Assembly: GCA_048128005.1 (NCBI GenBank)
Contig: JBEUKZ010000097.1
Span: 124,001-188,000, forward strand
DNA: 64,000 bases
Direction of reading: 5' to 3'
Source of the DNA: Veleropilina oligotropha
Taxonomy: Eukaryota
The notes under the pieces are model-generated. The model ran no database searches. It was not told the DNA's origin and saw nothing but the letters and a program-made list of their open reading frames with translations. The position numbers were made by a program, and so were the translations under genes. Position 1 is the stretch's first letter. Each line of letters starts with the position of its first letter. Shown piece after piece: positions 47,632 through 60,852 of this stretch.

Positions 47632-48167
47632 CGGCGCTTTTTCGGTACTTCTCCACAGCTCCGGCTTTTACTCAACTTTGGAAATCCGGTTTTTCATCTC
47701 CGATAAAATACGAATTTTTTTTTCTAGATAGTACATCTCGGCCTAATTAGGTCGAACTGTAGAAATTGACGAGTCTGCTTTCGTCCGACGGAAGCACGAC
47801 TTTGGACGCATCGTTAATGTTAAATCCATGGGGACTAGCAACAGGTGAACCTCGGTCAGTCCAGGCTCACGGGGCGGTCCGGTGTATATACGTTTGTAAA
47901 GCCAATTATTACAACTACGTACCCATCACGTGTATCTTACCGCAAGTTGCATTTGCCTTTAGTAGAAATTTGGGGTGATTCGGCTGTGTGACGAATTCAC
48001 GGTGGGGCGAAAACAACGGATATTCTATAAATAGGCCGTGAAATCGACAATGCAGAAATTGACAAGGCCGATCATACGCGGAGTGTGAAAATTTAAGAAG
48101 AATATAAGCCGGAGCTCCTTAAATATGTATAAAAGCCGGATCTGTGGGGAAGTACCGAAAGAGCACC
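47632..48167. mobile_element. MITE-like inverted repeat pair
   Basis: TTTCGGTACTTCTCCACAGCTCCGGCTTTT vs AAAAGCCGGATCTGTGGGGAAGTACCGAAA. Confidence 0.55.
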
Positions 48168-49899
48168 AATTTCAAATGTCGATTTTTATTAAATAGCACG
48201 CCTTTTATTCACGGCGATATTTCACATCCCTTTAAGGGGGATTTTGCCCAAATCAGCTTCGCACGAGTTCCGGTTTGCCCGACACTAATAATGTACTAAG
48301 AAGTTTAGCCCCAACAATAAAATTGGTATTTTTGAAAAAAGTCATGTCATCAGGGATTGGGAAGGAGACCCGCACCGTGCGATTCGCGCTTTAAACTGTA
48401 AAATAACCCATTAGATCTCAAACACCAGGGTTATAGTGCGCATTAAATATATTAGTATGGGGGATAAACTATCTCTGATTGATATAGCGCTATATGTCTA
48501 TGAATAATGATGCAGTGTAAAAAGTTGCGAATTGACCACTTTTCATTACGACAAGATCGTGTAACAACATTTTTGACAATTTTTGTCGATAAAATATGAA
48601 ACTTTGAAAGGCATATTTATTTAGCAGTATTGCACATGTACCGGATGACAAAATTGCAAAAAATAGACAACATTCCGAGATTTCCCAGTGATAGACATCT
48701 CGATAGCCAATGACAACAACAGAAATGAAATCCCGAACACAATCGGAAACCTTCGGTGTTCATGATAAAAAAGCTTGTCGTGCATTTGGCCGTCCAATAC
48801 TCTTGATAATTAAATTATTACAATTGTTTACAGAGCCAAATTTATTATTTTATCACCTTTGCCAAAAGAAAGATTCCAGCCCGACGACAGTAAACGCAAA
48901 ATACATCAAGCCCACGTGAACCGCAATTGGGTTAATGAAAAAACGGATCTGCGATAGGCGGGTGCATGAAAGATTTGGATGAAAGAAAAATGTGAAACGA
49001 TAAAATGACTATCATACATGCTGATAATCGGACTCGCTCAACTAACAACAAAGACTTAACGTACAAACGCATATCAGCAACAAAGACCATGCGTGACTGC
49101 CCGTGATGATGTAATCTAAGCATAAAATAAAACAAGAACAACGCGTTCGGATTATGTCTTGACCTTTGTCTGCTTCGACCGTCTGTTGTATATTAGTGTA
49201 CCGAAACGATATATATATATTTATATATACACATGGACCATTTAATAACATAGTGTCCTTTTTTACAAAAAGGTCACCACATAAAAATAGAAACTTATGG
49301 GAGTCACTAGCCCGCTGCCCTGCCTACCGTCGATTAATTCCTACCATCAACGTGATTCGTATGGGTATTTTTGTTAATTATTCGCCAAAACAGAACAGCA
49401 CATAATAAAGTCAAGTAAGGACATGCCCTTATAAGTGCATTTATGCATTTTTTGATCCCTTAAAATTTAAATATGCTCCCGTTTATAAGGGCATGCTCTT
49501 ATATTCGAAAATAAGGGCATGGCAATAATTCACTTATAAGGGCATGCAGTATTTTATGGCACTTGTTAAAACAATATTATGCAGTGATATTCTCGTTTTG
49601 CTTTATATTTGTTTATTATGGCAATAAATCATAATAATGATAATAATAAAACTACTAAATAATAGTAAATTGATAATAACAAATTTGCTTCCATGCGGTC
49701 TGCGCCTGCATGTGACTTGTCCACGTCGAACGATGTCTTCGATAGAATCATTATCGGGATTTAGTGTTGACATTTTGCATAATGCGGTCAGAGGCGTTCA
49801 CGTTTACAGAATTGTTCCGGACAAATTAACGTATTTGATATTACGCAAGCATGAAAAATCATCTCAAAACAAATCTGTGAAAATTAAGGGAATTGCCAT

Positions 49900-50215
49900 A
49901 TGAGGACAGACTAAAAGCACTGAACCTCACAACATTATCTTTGAGAAGGATAAGAGGTGATATGATTCAGGTGTTTAAAATGTTTACAGAAAATACAACG
50001 TTGACAATAGTTTCTTTTTTCAGATGAACCAAAGCCCTACCAGGGGGCACCAATACAAGATTTACAAAAAGCGATTCCGACTTGACATTAGAAAACACTT
50101 TATTTCAAATCGAGTTGTCGATGAATGGAATGCTCTTCCTACTAATGTAGTGGATACAACATCTGTAAACCAATTTAAAAATCGCCTAGATGAGCATCTT
50201 AAGAAGCAGGACAAG
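49900..50215 (+). mobile_element. CR1-type LINE 3' fragment
   Basis: RRIRGDMIQVFK; TRGHQYKIYKKRFRLDIRKHFISNRVVDEWNALP. Confidence 0.8.
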
Positions 50216-53200
50216 ACAATTTCAATGGGTTTTTATATTAGTTACAGTAATGTGCTTTCTAAACCCAAACAAATTCTAATTAATCTATTTGCTAAATGGG
50301 AAGTTAGTTAATTTGACATGTTGCCCTTATTATTATAAGCGGAATATTGCGCTTTATTAGTTTCAAAATGTAAACGTTCTCACTTATAAGGGCATGCCCT
50401 TATATTCGAATATAAGCGCATGCCCTTATAAGCGCGATTATACGGTACATGCCCTAATATTAACGAATGTAAAACAAATTGCCGACTAAATTACCTCCCT
50501 TTTTCTATCTGGGAACATGTGCTCCTTCAACGACATAATGTAGTATTGTACTATGTCACAACTCGATATTCAACATCAGGGCATTGCCGTTAATTATCGT
50601 ATATTTTGATAGATGTAACCTACATTCCAGAGCAAGTGTTGTTTCGATTTGAAATGTTAACACGAGTCGATCTCAAAACAAAGTCATCTTCACCCTCTTA
50701 CATTCTGACCCCATTCACAATCCGAAAAAGGTAACAGGTCATCTCACCGCCAATTATTTAGAGTCAACTCACCGCCAACTTAATCGGTCACGGTTCTTAC
50801 ATTACAACATATATGATTACAATTATTTTACAAGTATTTTTTATTTGATTGAACAATAAGAGAGAGGTAAAAAGCGGTTTGTATGTTTCATTGACTACAG
50901 TAAACCGTACGATATGGTGAGTCTCGGCGATTCTGGCAATGTTTATGGGAAATAATAATTAGTGCATGTATATACCAATCTTCGTTACGCTGATGACGTT
51001 GCTTAGCTGATTTGAATGAAGAAATATAAAATATTACAAATAAACAATTTGTCAGGTCATCTGATCCAGATCTCGCAGTTTCCTCTCTAAGGGCTGTCCA
51101 CGAAGAAGCCGATATCTTACTGATTTGGCAATGCATCTATGCTGACATGATAGAAACAATAGTTGTGTCCGTGCGCGACTCATGTGCTTCTTCTAAGTCT
51201 GTCATTCTATTGTATAATGGTATGTAGTGACAGTACACATCTCTACATAAAAGTTGGGACGATGAATTAAGGCTCTGCACATGAAATTCGCAGGTGTCTC
51301 AGTCCAGTGGCCACAGTAAAACAACAACCTGGCAGGTGTTGCAGCAACATCACACTGATATACTGGTATTGGCAAGGTACCTCTCACCGAAAACATAGCG
51401 ATTGTCATCATGCTGCGGATCAGTCAGTGAGGTGGCCGGCGTCTTCTGTCATTATGCCACAGTCATATTACTTACCGGGCCCACGTATAATATGTCTGAA
51501 GTCACTAAGTTTAAGACGATCTATGTGTGATAAAAGACGCCATTTTTCTAGCACATCCAGCTGATATGTGTCCATAGTTCAAAACCTTCAATTCTCTTTC
51601 GATCCATCTTCTTCATTGCCCATGATTCACATACACCCATAAGCGCGAATAGGGAAGACAGACTACCGCAGTAGGCGCACTTTCGTGTCCCTCCCGATAT
51701 AATTGTTCTTCCAGATTGAAGTGAACGACAAAGCAGCAATTCTGGCTATGGTGATGCGTCTTTTGATCCCCGAGGTGTCATCGAATTGATCAATGTACAA
51801 ATAAAGTTAAATTGACTCATGACCTCACTTGGTTCTTCAATGGCCATCAGTGTGTTGTTAATGTCATTGTTTGTTGCTTTTTATAATCATCAGCTTGGTA
51901 AGGATGCACCTGGATGGTCAGTTAGTGTAATAGCTAGCTACTATCTTTAATTCTGCCACATATTCCATAGGTTTGCAGAGAGATCATCTGCCTCTTACCT
52001 GACAATAATTATTAATCATACTCTATCCATTAATATTTGAATTTCTTCCATCGAATCAGCTACGATTTCAAAATCATCTGCGTAACGAAGAATTAATTTT
52101 ATATACTTCGCCATAATCCTAGCCACAATCGCCACGATTCACCATATGAAACGCTTTACTGTATTCGGAGAAACATACAAACAGCTTTTTACTTCTTTCT
52201 CCTCATTGCAATATCAACAGAGAAATTCATATGTAAGACATATGATGTGCCCGAGGTTGATAAAGGAAATAAAGAACGAGTCGATGCAGCAAACTTTCAC
52301 ATCATGCTTTCACACCGTCAAGACAGCTAATCTCTGTAACCAAGCACACTTGTCACATCCTGAGTTTTCTCCAGTAACCGAAATGGAAGGATGCAACTGG
52401 GTGGTCAGGTAGTTCCATGGCTAGTCTCTCTCTGCTACCTATCCCAAAGGTTTGTGCGGTGATCACCCCATGTTGTTGTACGAAGGTGTGCCTCAGCCAA
52501 CGCTGCAGCTGCAGACAAATTTGCATGGAATGCATTGAAGCATGCAACTGCCGGATACTTGACAACAACTGCCGTAACATTTGTGATGACCGGGAATACG
52601 TTTGTGTGTGCCCATATACCTGTACACAATGAAGGACTGTTTGTGTAACGAGTTGATAGTAGGCACGATCAAATCAACCACAATTAAATCAAAATTATTG
52701 TCTTTGTTGTCATTTACTACACATAAAGAAATTGGTTGCAAAATTTTGGATTATGTCGAAGGACGTTATTTGAGTGATATTTGGGGTACCTTACTATACG
52801 TAACTTTGTTAAGCCAACATGGTTATTACTTCCCTGCCAACGTTTAAATCGTATGTTACATAAGTGTGCCTCGATCTGGTATTGGTGGTCTGTGTTTCAG
52901 ATGGGGAAAATTTTCTGGTTGGAAAATTATTCATAGATAAAAACAACCATTTTGCAATAAACATGAGTTTCCAGAAGTTTATGCGCCATTTATTTCAAAG
53001 CCGATTATGATATTGGATTCCCCATATATGAAAACCTACAAAAGCACATTTCATTCAGGTTTCTACCTTGTATGTCGCAAAGATATGTACACAAGTACAT
53101 TTTAAGCCCGGCAGTGGCGGCTATTTTGGATTTCTCAATTTTGAGGCATTATGGGCCATTTTTGAGGTGGACAAGGTCACATACAGCAGAGTTGACTTCA

Positions 53201-53220
53201 GCACTCCCCAATACCACTAA

Positions 53221-55718
53221 TGGGCCTGTCACACTAGAGCGTATAGCCTTAACGTATGGCGGCGTATGTGATTTTTCACCAATACGGTGGTGTACGTTGA
53301 TATAGGTTAGGGGTACGTTAGACATACGTTGTATTCGTTAACAGCACGCTGCCATACGCTGTCATACGTGGATGAACGCCGAGAGAGAAAATATCTTTTG
53401 GGATGTTCAAAACTTTGGGCGTATGACAACGTATAATTCATAGGTTAGGCATACGTTATAGATACGCTGGGGGTAAGTTAGATATACGTTGACATACGCC
53501 AGAGGTACGTTAGAGGTACGTTAATAATACGTCGATATACGTTGGCTGAGGGTGTACCGTACAACTAACTTGTTGACAACGATTGAGTAACTTACTTTTA
53601 GCCTATGTTGGACGTATTCGCAACGTGTCTTGACGTATTATACGTATGCCTGGCGACGGAGTAACGTATTTAACGTGTTTCTACCGTACAGCTAGCGTTC
53701 ATTTGGCGTACAGAGCGTTTTGCGGGCGGGGTATAAATATACGGTCCATAAGTAACTCAATCAGTACCATTCAGCAGTTCAATCAGAGAGGATGGATGCA
53801 TACCAACTAGCCGTTCTCCAACACCAGCATGACATCAACCAATTGGCCCTTGCCCAGGTCCGTATCATTAGAAGGAGGGGGGGGGGAGAAGAAGAGCTCA
53901 ACGGAGGAGGTTCTGGATCAGACCATGGATCGGCAGGCGACGTCAGTTTGGCATTTACGACCAGCTTCTGGTGGAACTCCGTAACGAGGACAGGGCATCC
54001 TTCCACAACTTCATGCGTATGCCCCCCGTAATGTTCGACGAGCTGCTAGCCAGAGTGGGTCCCAGGATAACCAAGGAACATACCAGTTGCAGGGAGCCGC
54101 TCGAGCCTGGCCTGAAGCTTGCCCTGACTTTGCGTCACCTTGCCTCTGGGTGCAAGTATGCATCGATGAAGTTCGGATGGAGCGTCCCTCACAACACACA
54201 GTCGCTCCTCGTCCGAGAAGTATGTCAGGCCATCATCGCCGAATACCTTGACGAGGTGATGACTTGTCCCACCACTCCTGATGGCTGGCGTGCCATTGCT
54301 GATCAGTTCTTCCAAAGGTGGAACTTTCCCCATACATGTGGGGCACTTGATGGGAAGCACGTTGCCTGCCGAAGTCTTCCAAAGAGTGGGTCCATGTATT
54401 ACAATTACAAAGGATTCTACTCCATTGTTCTTATGGCGCTTGTTGATGCAGACTACAAATTCATCTGGGCAGATGTCGGTGGTATGGGATCAGCATCAGA
54501 CGCTCAGATTTACAATGACTGTGAGCTGAAGGATTGCGTCGAGGCTGGTACTATAGATTTCCCTGACCCAGAGCCTATCCCAAACGACACTCAGGATGTG
54601 CCCTACTTCTGGATCAGCGACGATGCCTTCGCCCTACGAACGACAATGATGAAGCCGTACGGCCAACGGGGTTTGACGAACCAGGAAAGGATATTCAACT
54701 ACAGGCTTTCCCGAAGCAGGAGAGTAGTAGGGAATGCCTTTGGCATCCTGGCAAACCGATTCCAGGTTCTACTGACTACCATGCAGCATGAACCCTCCAC
54801 CGTCAAGCTCATCGTCACCACATGCATGGTCCTGCACAACCTGATGAGGATCCGGTACCCACAGCTCCAGAACCAGCAGCTTGACCGTGCAGAGAATGAG
54901 AACCGCAATTTCGTCCCAGGAGAATGGAGAGAGGGCCGTAACTTGGAGGACACACAAACAGTGACTGGCCCCAACACCTCATCGAGAGAAGGAAAGAAAC
55001 AGAGGAATCTCATCAAGCACTGGGCTAACTCCCCAGCCGGTGCAGTTCCGTGGCAAGACAGTATGATCTAGATAATGTTCCGGATAAATATGTGATAACA
55101 TATATGATAAAAATAGGAACATTTCACTGGTCTTTTTGAACACCCACATGGTTGAATTGTAGTATTATTATGACATTTCATATTTCTATTGTAATAAATA
55201 AAATATCAATGTGTGTTTTAAACTGAACTCTTGTTTTGTTTTATTTATGATAAAAATGAAATGCTTCAATTCACAAGTAATGACATAAGATAACTGAGGG
55301 TCTACTCTACTTATTTCATTACTTATCAATTGATATGTGGTTGGATAATGGATGACTGAATGGGGGATTGGGGGTACGCCGAGAGCGGTATGCTGTTACG
55401 TCACGTGGTCGTTCGAGACACGCCGAGCACGCTGCGCATGCGCTACTCATACGCTGGCCATTCGTCGAGAACGCCAGGCACTCGTTGAGCATATGCTCAG
55501 ATAAGTTATATATAAGTTAATGATACGCTGTACATACGTTGGACATACGTTCTGTATACGTTCAGTTCGTTGTGTATACGTTATGTATACGACCAATTCA
55601 CAACAATCCTGACTTTTTAGGTGCCCGGGTCGACGTGTGCCGGCGTATTGGGGCTTTTCCAAAAAATTGCATTCGCTCGGCATACGTTTATGCTATACGC
55701 TCTAGTGTGACAGGGCCA
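53221..55718 (+). mobile_element. Second PIF/Harbinger transposon (2,498 bp), TAA TSD
   Basis: TIR TGG(G/C)CCTGTCACACTAGAGCGTATAGC; TAA at 53218-53220 and 55719-55721; empty site in the paralog at ~36577. Confidence 0.93.
53792..55071 (+). pseudogene. Harbinger transposase, intronless; frameshift in G-run 53877-53886 and catalytic E replaced by G
   Basis: RFWIRPWI, KLALTLRHLASG, GALDGKH, ISDDAF, RRVVGNAFG (GGG at 54730). Confidence 0.9.
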
Positions 55719-56607
55719 TAAAACCCTAAAATAACACATTTCAAGTTTCTACCTCGTTTAGCAAAAATATTTGAAAATAAATACATTTCAACCCGTCTGC
55801 GGCGGCCATCTTGGATTTCTCAATTTTTAGGCATTATGGTCCATTTTTGAGCTGGTCATACAGCAAATTTGAGTTCAGCACCACTCAATACATCTAAAAA
55901 CCTTGTATGCCATAAATTAACACGATTGTCTTCGGGGTTAATATTTTTGATATTCAACCCAGTCTATTTAGTAAAAAACATCCAATTTTGCTAAAAATTT
56001 CAGTTTCAAGGATTTTAAAAACTTTTTATTTAAAATAGGATAAGGTTTTGGATTCTTCATATACGAAAACCTACAAAAGCACATTTAATTCAGGTTTATA
56101 CCTTGTTTATTCAAAAAGTTATGCACATAAATACATTTCAATCCGGCAGCAGCGGCCATCTTGGATTTCTCAATTTTGAGGCATTATGGGCCATTTTTGA
56201 GCTGGGAATACAACAGATTTGAGTTCAGCACCCCTCAATACATTTAAAAACCCTGTATGCCATAAATTAACACGATTTTCCTCCAAGGTTAATATTTTGG
56301 GAAAATTGACCCAGTCTACATGTATATTTGAAACAATTATAGGTTAGTATGACATAGTGTAAGGGTTTGTTAGTAAATAGCAAATTTGATATGGTATATT
56401 GTCTATAAATTGAACAAATGTCATTACATAAGTGGGACTTACTTGAAACATCTAATGCACAAGTTGCGAAAGTGACCTGATTTTTTATGAACTGTCATTA
56501 GAAAAAATATAGATGTTGAAAATTCCACAAGCGTAGATATAAGTATTCAGACTTAAAAATTCATCATAAGTCGATCAAATCTATATGACGTAATCTCACC
56601 CAGATCG

Positions 56608-59600
56608 CATTCAGCAACCTTCATTCAGCAGCCTTCATTCAGATCTTCATTCAGATCTTAATTCAGCAACCTTTATTCAGATCTTCATTCAGCAACCTTC
56701 ATTCAGATCTTCTTTCAGCAACCTTCATTCAGATCTTCATTCAGCAACCTTCATTCAGCAGCCTTCATTCAGCAACCTTCATTCAGCAGCCTTCATTCAG
56801 ATCATCATTCAGACCTTCATTCAGCAACCTTCATTCAGATCTTCATTCAGCAACCTTCATTCAGCAACCTTCATTCAGATCTTCATTCAGCAACCTTCAT
56901 TCAGACCTTCATTCAGATCTTCATTCAGACCTTCATTCAGCAACCTTCATTCAGCAACCTTCATTCAGATCTTCATTCAGCAACCTTCATTCAGACCTTC
57001 ATTCAGCAACCTTCATTCAGCAGCCTTCATTCAGCAACCTTCATTCAGACCTTCATTCAGACCTTCATTCAGCAACCTTCATTCAGATCTTCATTCAGCA
57101 ACCTTCATTCAGATCTTCATTCAGCAACCTTCATTCAGACCTTCATTCACCAACCTTCATTCAGATCTTCATTCAGCAACCTTCATTCAGATCTTCTTTC
57201 AGCAACCTTCATTCAGCAACCTTCATTCAGCAACCTTCATTCAGCAACCTTCATTCAGATCATCATTCAGCAACCTTCATTCAGATCTTCATTCAGCAAC
57301 CTTCATTCAGCAACCTTCATTCAGATCTTCATTCAGCAACCTTCATTCAGACCTTCATTCAGCAACCTTCATTCAGCAGCCTTCATTCAGCAACCTTCAT
57401 TCAGACCTTCATTCAGCAACCTTCATTCAGCAGCCTTCATTCAGCAACCTTCATTCAGACCTTCATTCAGCAACCTTCATTCAGCAGCCTTCATTCAGCA
57501 ACCTTCATTCAGATCTTCATTCAGCAACCTTCATTCAGATCTTCATTCAGCAACCTTCATTCAGACCTTCATTCACCAACCTTCATTCAGATCTTCATTC
57601 AGCAACCTTCATTCAGATCTTCTTTCAGCAACCTTCATTCAGCAACCTTCATTCAGATCATCATTCAGCAACCTTCATTCAGATCTTCATTCACCAACCT
57701 TCATTCAGATCTTCTTTCAGCAACCTTCATTCAGCAACCTTCATTCAGATCTTCATTCAGATCTTCTTTCAGCAACCTTCATTCAGCAACCTTCATTCAG
57801 ATCTTCTTTCACCAACCTTCATTCAGATCTTCTTTCAGCAACCTTCATTCAGCAACCTTCATTCCGATCATCATTCAGCAACCTTCATTCAGATCTTCAT
57901 TCACCAACCTTCATTCAGCAACCTTCATTCCGATCTTCATTCAGATCATCATTCAGCTCTTCATTCAGCAACCTTCATTCAGATCTTCATTCACCAACCT
58001 TCATTCAGCAACCTTCATTCCGATCTTCATTCAGATCATCATTCAGCTCTTCATTCAGCAACCTTCATTCAGATCTTCATTCAGCAACCTTCATTCAGCA
58101 ACCTTCATTCAGATCTTCATTCAGCAACCTTCATTCAGCAACCTTCATTCAGATCTTCATTCAGCAACCTTCATTCAGCAACCTTCATTCAGATCTTCAT
58201 TCAGCAACCTTCATTCCGATCTTCATTCAGATCATCATTCAGCTCTTCATTCAGCAACCTTCATTCAGATCTTCATTCAGCAACCTTCATTCAGCAACCT
58301 TCATTCAGATCTTCATTCAGCAACCTTCATTCAGCAACCGTCATTCAGCAACCTTCATTCAGATCATCATTCAGATCATCATTCAGCAACCTTCATTCAC
58401 CAACCTTCATTCAGATCATCATTCAGCAACCTTCATTCCGATCTTCATTCCGATCTTCATTCAGCAACCTTCATTCCGATCTTCATTCAGCAACCTTCAT
58501 TCAGACCTTCATTCAGATCTTCATTCAGATCTTCATTCAGCAACCTTCATTCAGATCTTCATTCAGCAACCTTCATTCAGCAACCTTCATTCAGATCTTC
58601 ATTCAGATCTTCATTCAGCAACCTTCATTCAGATCTTCATTCAGCAACCTTCATTCTGATCTTCATTCAGCAACCTTTATTCAGATCATCATTCAGCAAC
58701 CTTCATTCCGATCTTCATTCCGATCTTCATTCAGCAACCTTCATTCCGATCTTCATTCAGCAACCTTCATTCAGACCTTCATTCAGATCTTCATTCAGCT
58801 CTTCATTCAGCAACCTTCATTCAGACCTTCATTCAGATCATCATTCAGCTCTTCATTCAGCAACCTTCATTCAGATCTTCATTCAGCAACCTTCATTCAG
58901 CAACCTTCATTCAGATCTTCATTCAGCAACCTTCATTCAGATCTTCATTCAGCAACCTTCATTCAGATCATCATTCAGCAACCTTCATTCCGATCTTCAT
59001 TCCGATCTTCATTCAGCAACCTTCATTCCGATCTTCATTCAGCAACCTTCATTCAGACCTTCATTCAGATCTTCATTCAGATCTTCATTCAGCAACCTTC
59101 ATTCAGATCATCATTCAGCAACCTTCATTCAGATCTTCATTCAGCAACCTTCATTCAGCAACCTTCATTCAGATCTTCATTCAGATCTTCATTCAGCAAC
59201 CTTCATTCAGATCTTCATTCAGCAACCTTCATTCAGATCTTCATTCAGCAACCTTCATTCAGACCTTCATTCAGATCTTCATTCAGCAACCTTCATTCAG
59301 ATCTTCATTCAGCAACCTTCATTCAGATCTTCATTCAGCAACCTTCATTCAGACCTTCATTCCGATCTTCATTCAGCAACCTTCATTCCGATCTTCATTC
59401 AGCAACCTTCATTCAGACCTTCATTCAGATCTTCATTCAGATCTTCATTCAGCAACCTTCATTCAGATCATCATTCAGCAACCTTCATTCAGATCTTCAT
59501 TCAGCAACCTTCATTCAGCAACCTTCATTCAGATCTTCATTCAGATCTTCATTCAGCAACCTTCATTCAGATCTTCATTCAGCAACCTTCATTCAGACCT

Positions 59601-59628
59601 TCATTCAGATCTTCATTCGGCAACCTTC
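56608..59628. repeat. 3-kb minisatellite of mixed 12- and 14-nt units
   Basis: CTTCATTCAGCAAC, CTTCATTCAGAT and CTTCATTCAGAC variants. Confidence 0.98.
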
Positions 59629-60852
59629 CAAGATGGCGCAAAATCGTGAATTTTACTGTCCTTGTGAGGCGGAAGAAGATTCCATTATTCCCCTGCCCTC
59701 TTGGGTTTGAAAACAATGTTATACAGAACCATTACTAAATAATTTACAAATGATAAATAAGAATAAAAGTGATTTTCATCGGTATATCAGGAACATCCAG
59801 AGCAAATCGGGATGGTCGGAAAGTATGTAGCCTTTGTGAAAGTTTGTCCATATCTCCTTGTGATCCAATGTCACGACCTTGCCGATCAATGGTCACGTGG
59901 TCTGATTTGGATGGATTAGGCTCATACCAAGACATCAATATTATCGCGAGATATCCCGTTATACCGCGATATTGGGGTTGGGCACCCGACCACCATACTA
60001 ATCCACCAACCTTTTAGATTGCGAAAAATCATGAATTTACTGTCCATTATTAATCGGAGCCTCCTGCCCTCTTGAGATAGAAAAGACAAGCTAAGGAGAG
60101 AAATGTATGAATAATTTATAAGTGATCAATAAAAAAGAACGTGATTTTCATTGGGATAGTGTGATTGTTTATTCATATCTCTGTGATCCAATGTCCTGAC
60201 CTTTCCGCGCACGACGCCTCCAAAACTAAGATCACCACGTTTAAACGTTGGTATGGATGACTTAATATCCTGCATATAGCAACCAATCCGGCTCATACCA
60301 ATACATGTCAATATTGTCACGAGATAACACGGTCCTGGGAAATTCACCCTCTCTGGTTCGTTATGGACATCTGTGACTGGTAAAAGGAATGCTTTGTTGT
60401 TTGTATGTTTGTTTATTTATTTGATAAAAGAAAGGCATATACACTTACACTTAATTCTATCAGGATAACCAAAGAAAGCTCGAGAGCTTATTTCCATTGG
60501 GGTCCTTACACATAAAGACATAACAATACAATACATCATAATAATAAAATAACACTAATAGCTTAATATATTGATGCATTTTAGAATAGATTATCGCTAT
60601 AACAATAAAAAGATAATACAGGCAGCTTAAAATATTGATGCATTTTAATATAGGCTATTGCTATCACAGTAATAAAATAACACATTAGTTTGAAAATTGG
60701 TGTATTTTTGAAATATGTTATTGCCGTCGTGTTAAATAATTATCGATACTGTCTTTAAATATTTTTTAGCTTCATATTTGAAGGTGGTAAACTTTGAATG
60801 GCAGTATAATAAAATGACTTATGGGCTGGACTTCGAATACATGGTGTAACAT

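Larger units (their letters stand above)
50858..60393 (+). repeat. Duplicated segment, copy 2 (with Harbinger insertion and satellite expansion)
   Basis: Collinear with 34244-38380. Confidence 0.92.

Noticed and set aside
56608..59628. CRISPR-like array
   Set aside because: No unique spacers and no cas genes; eukaryotic minisatellite
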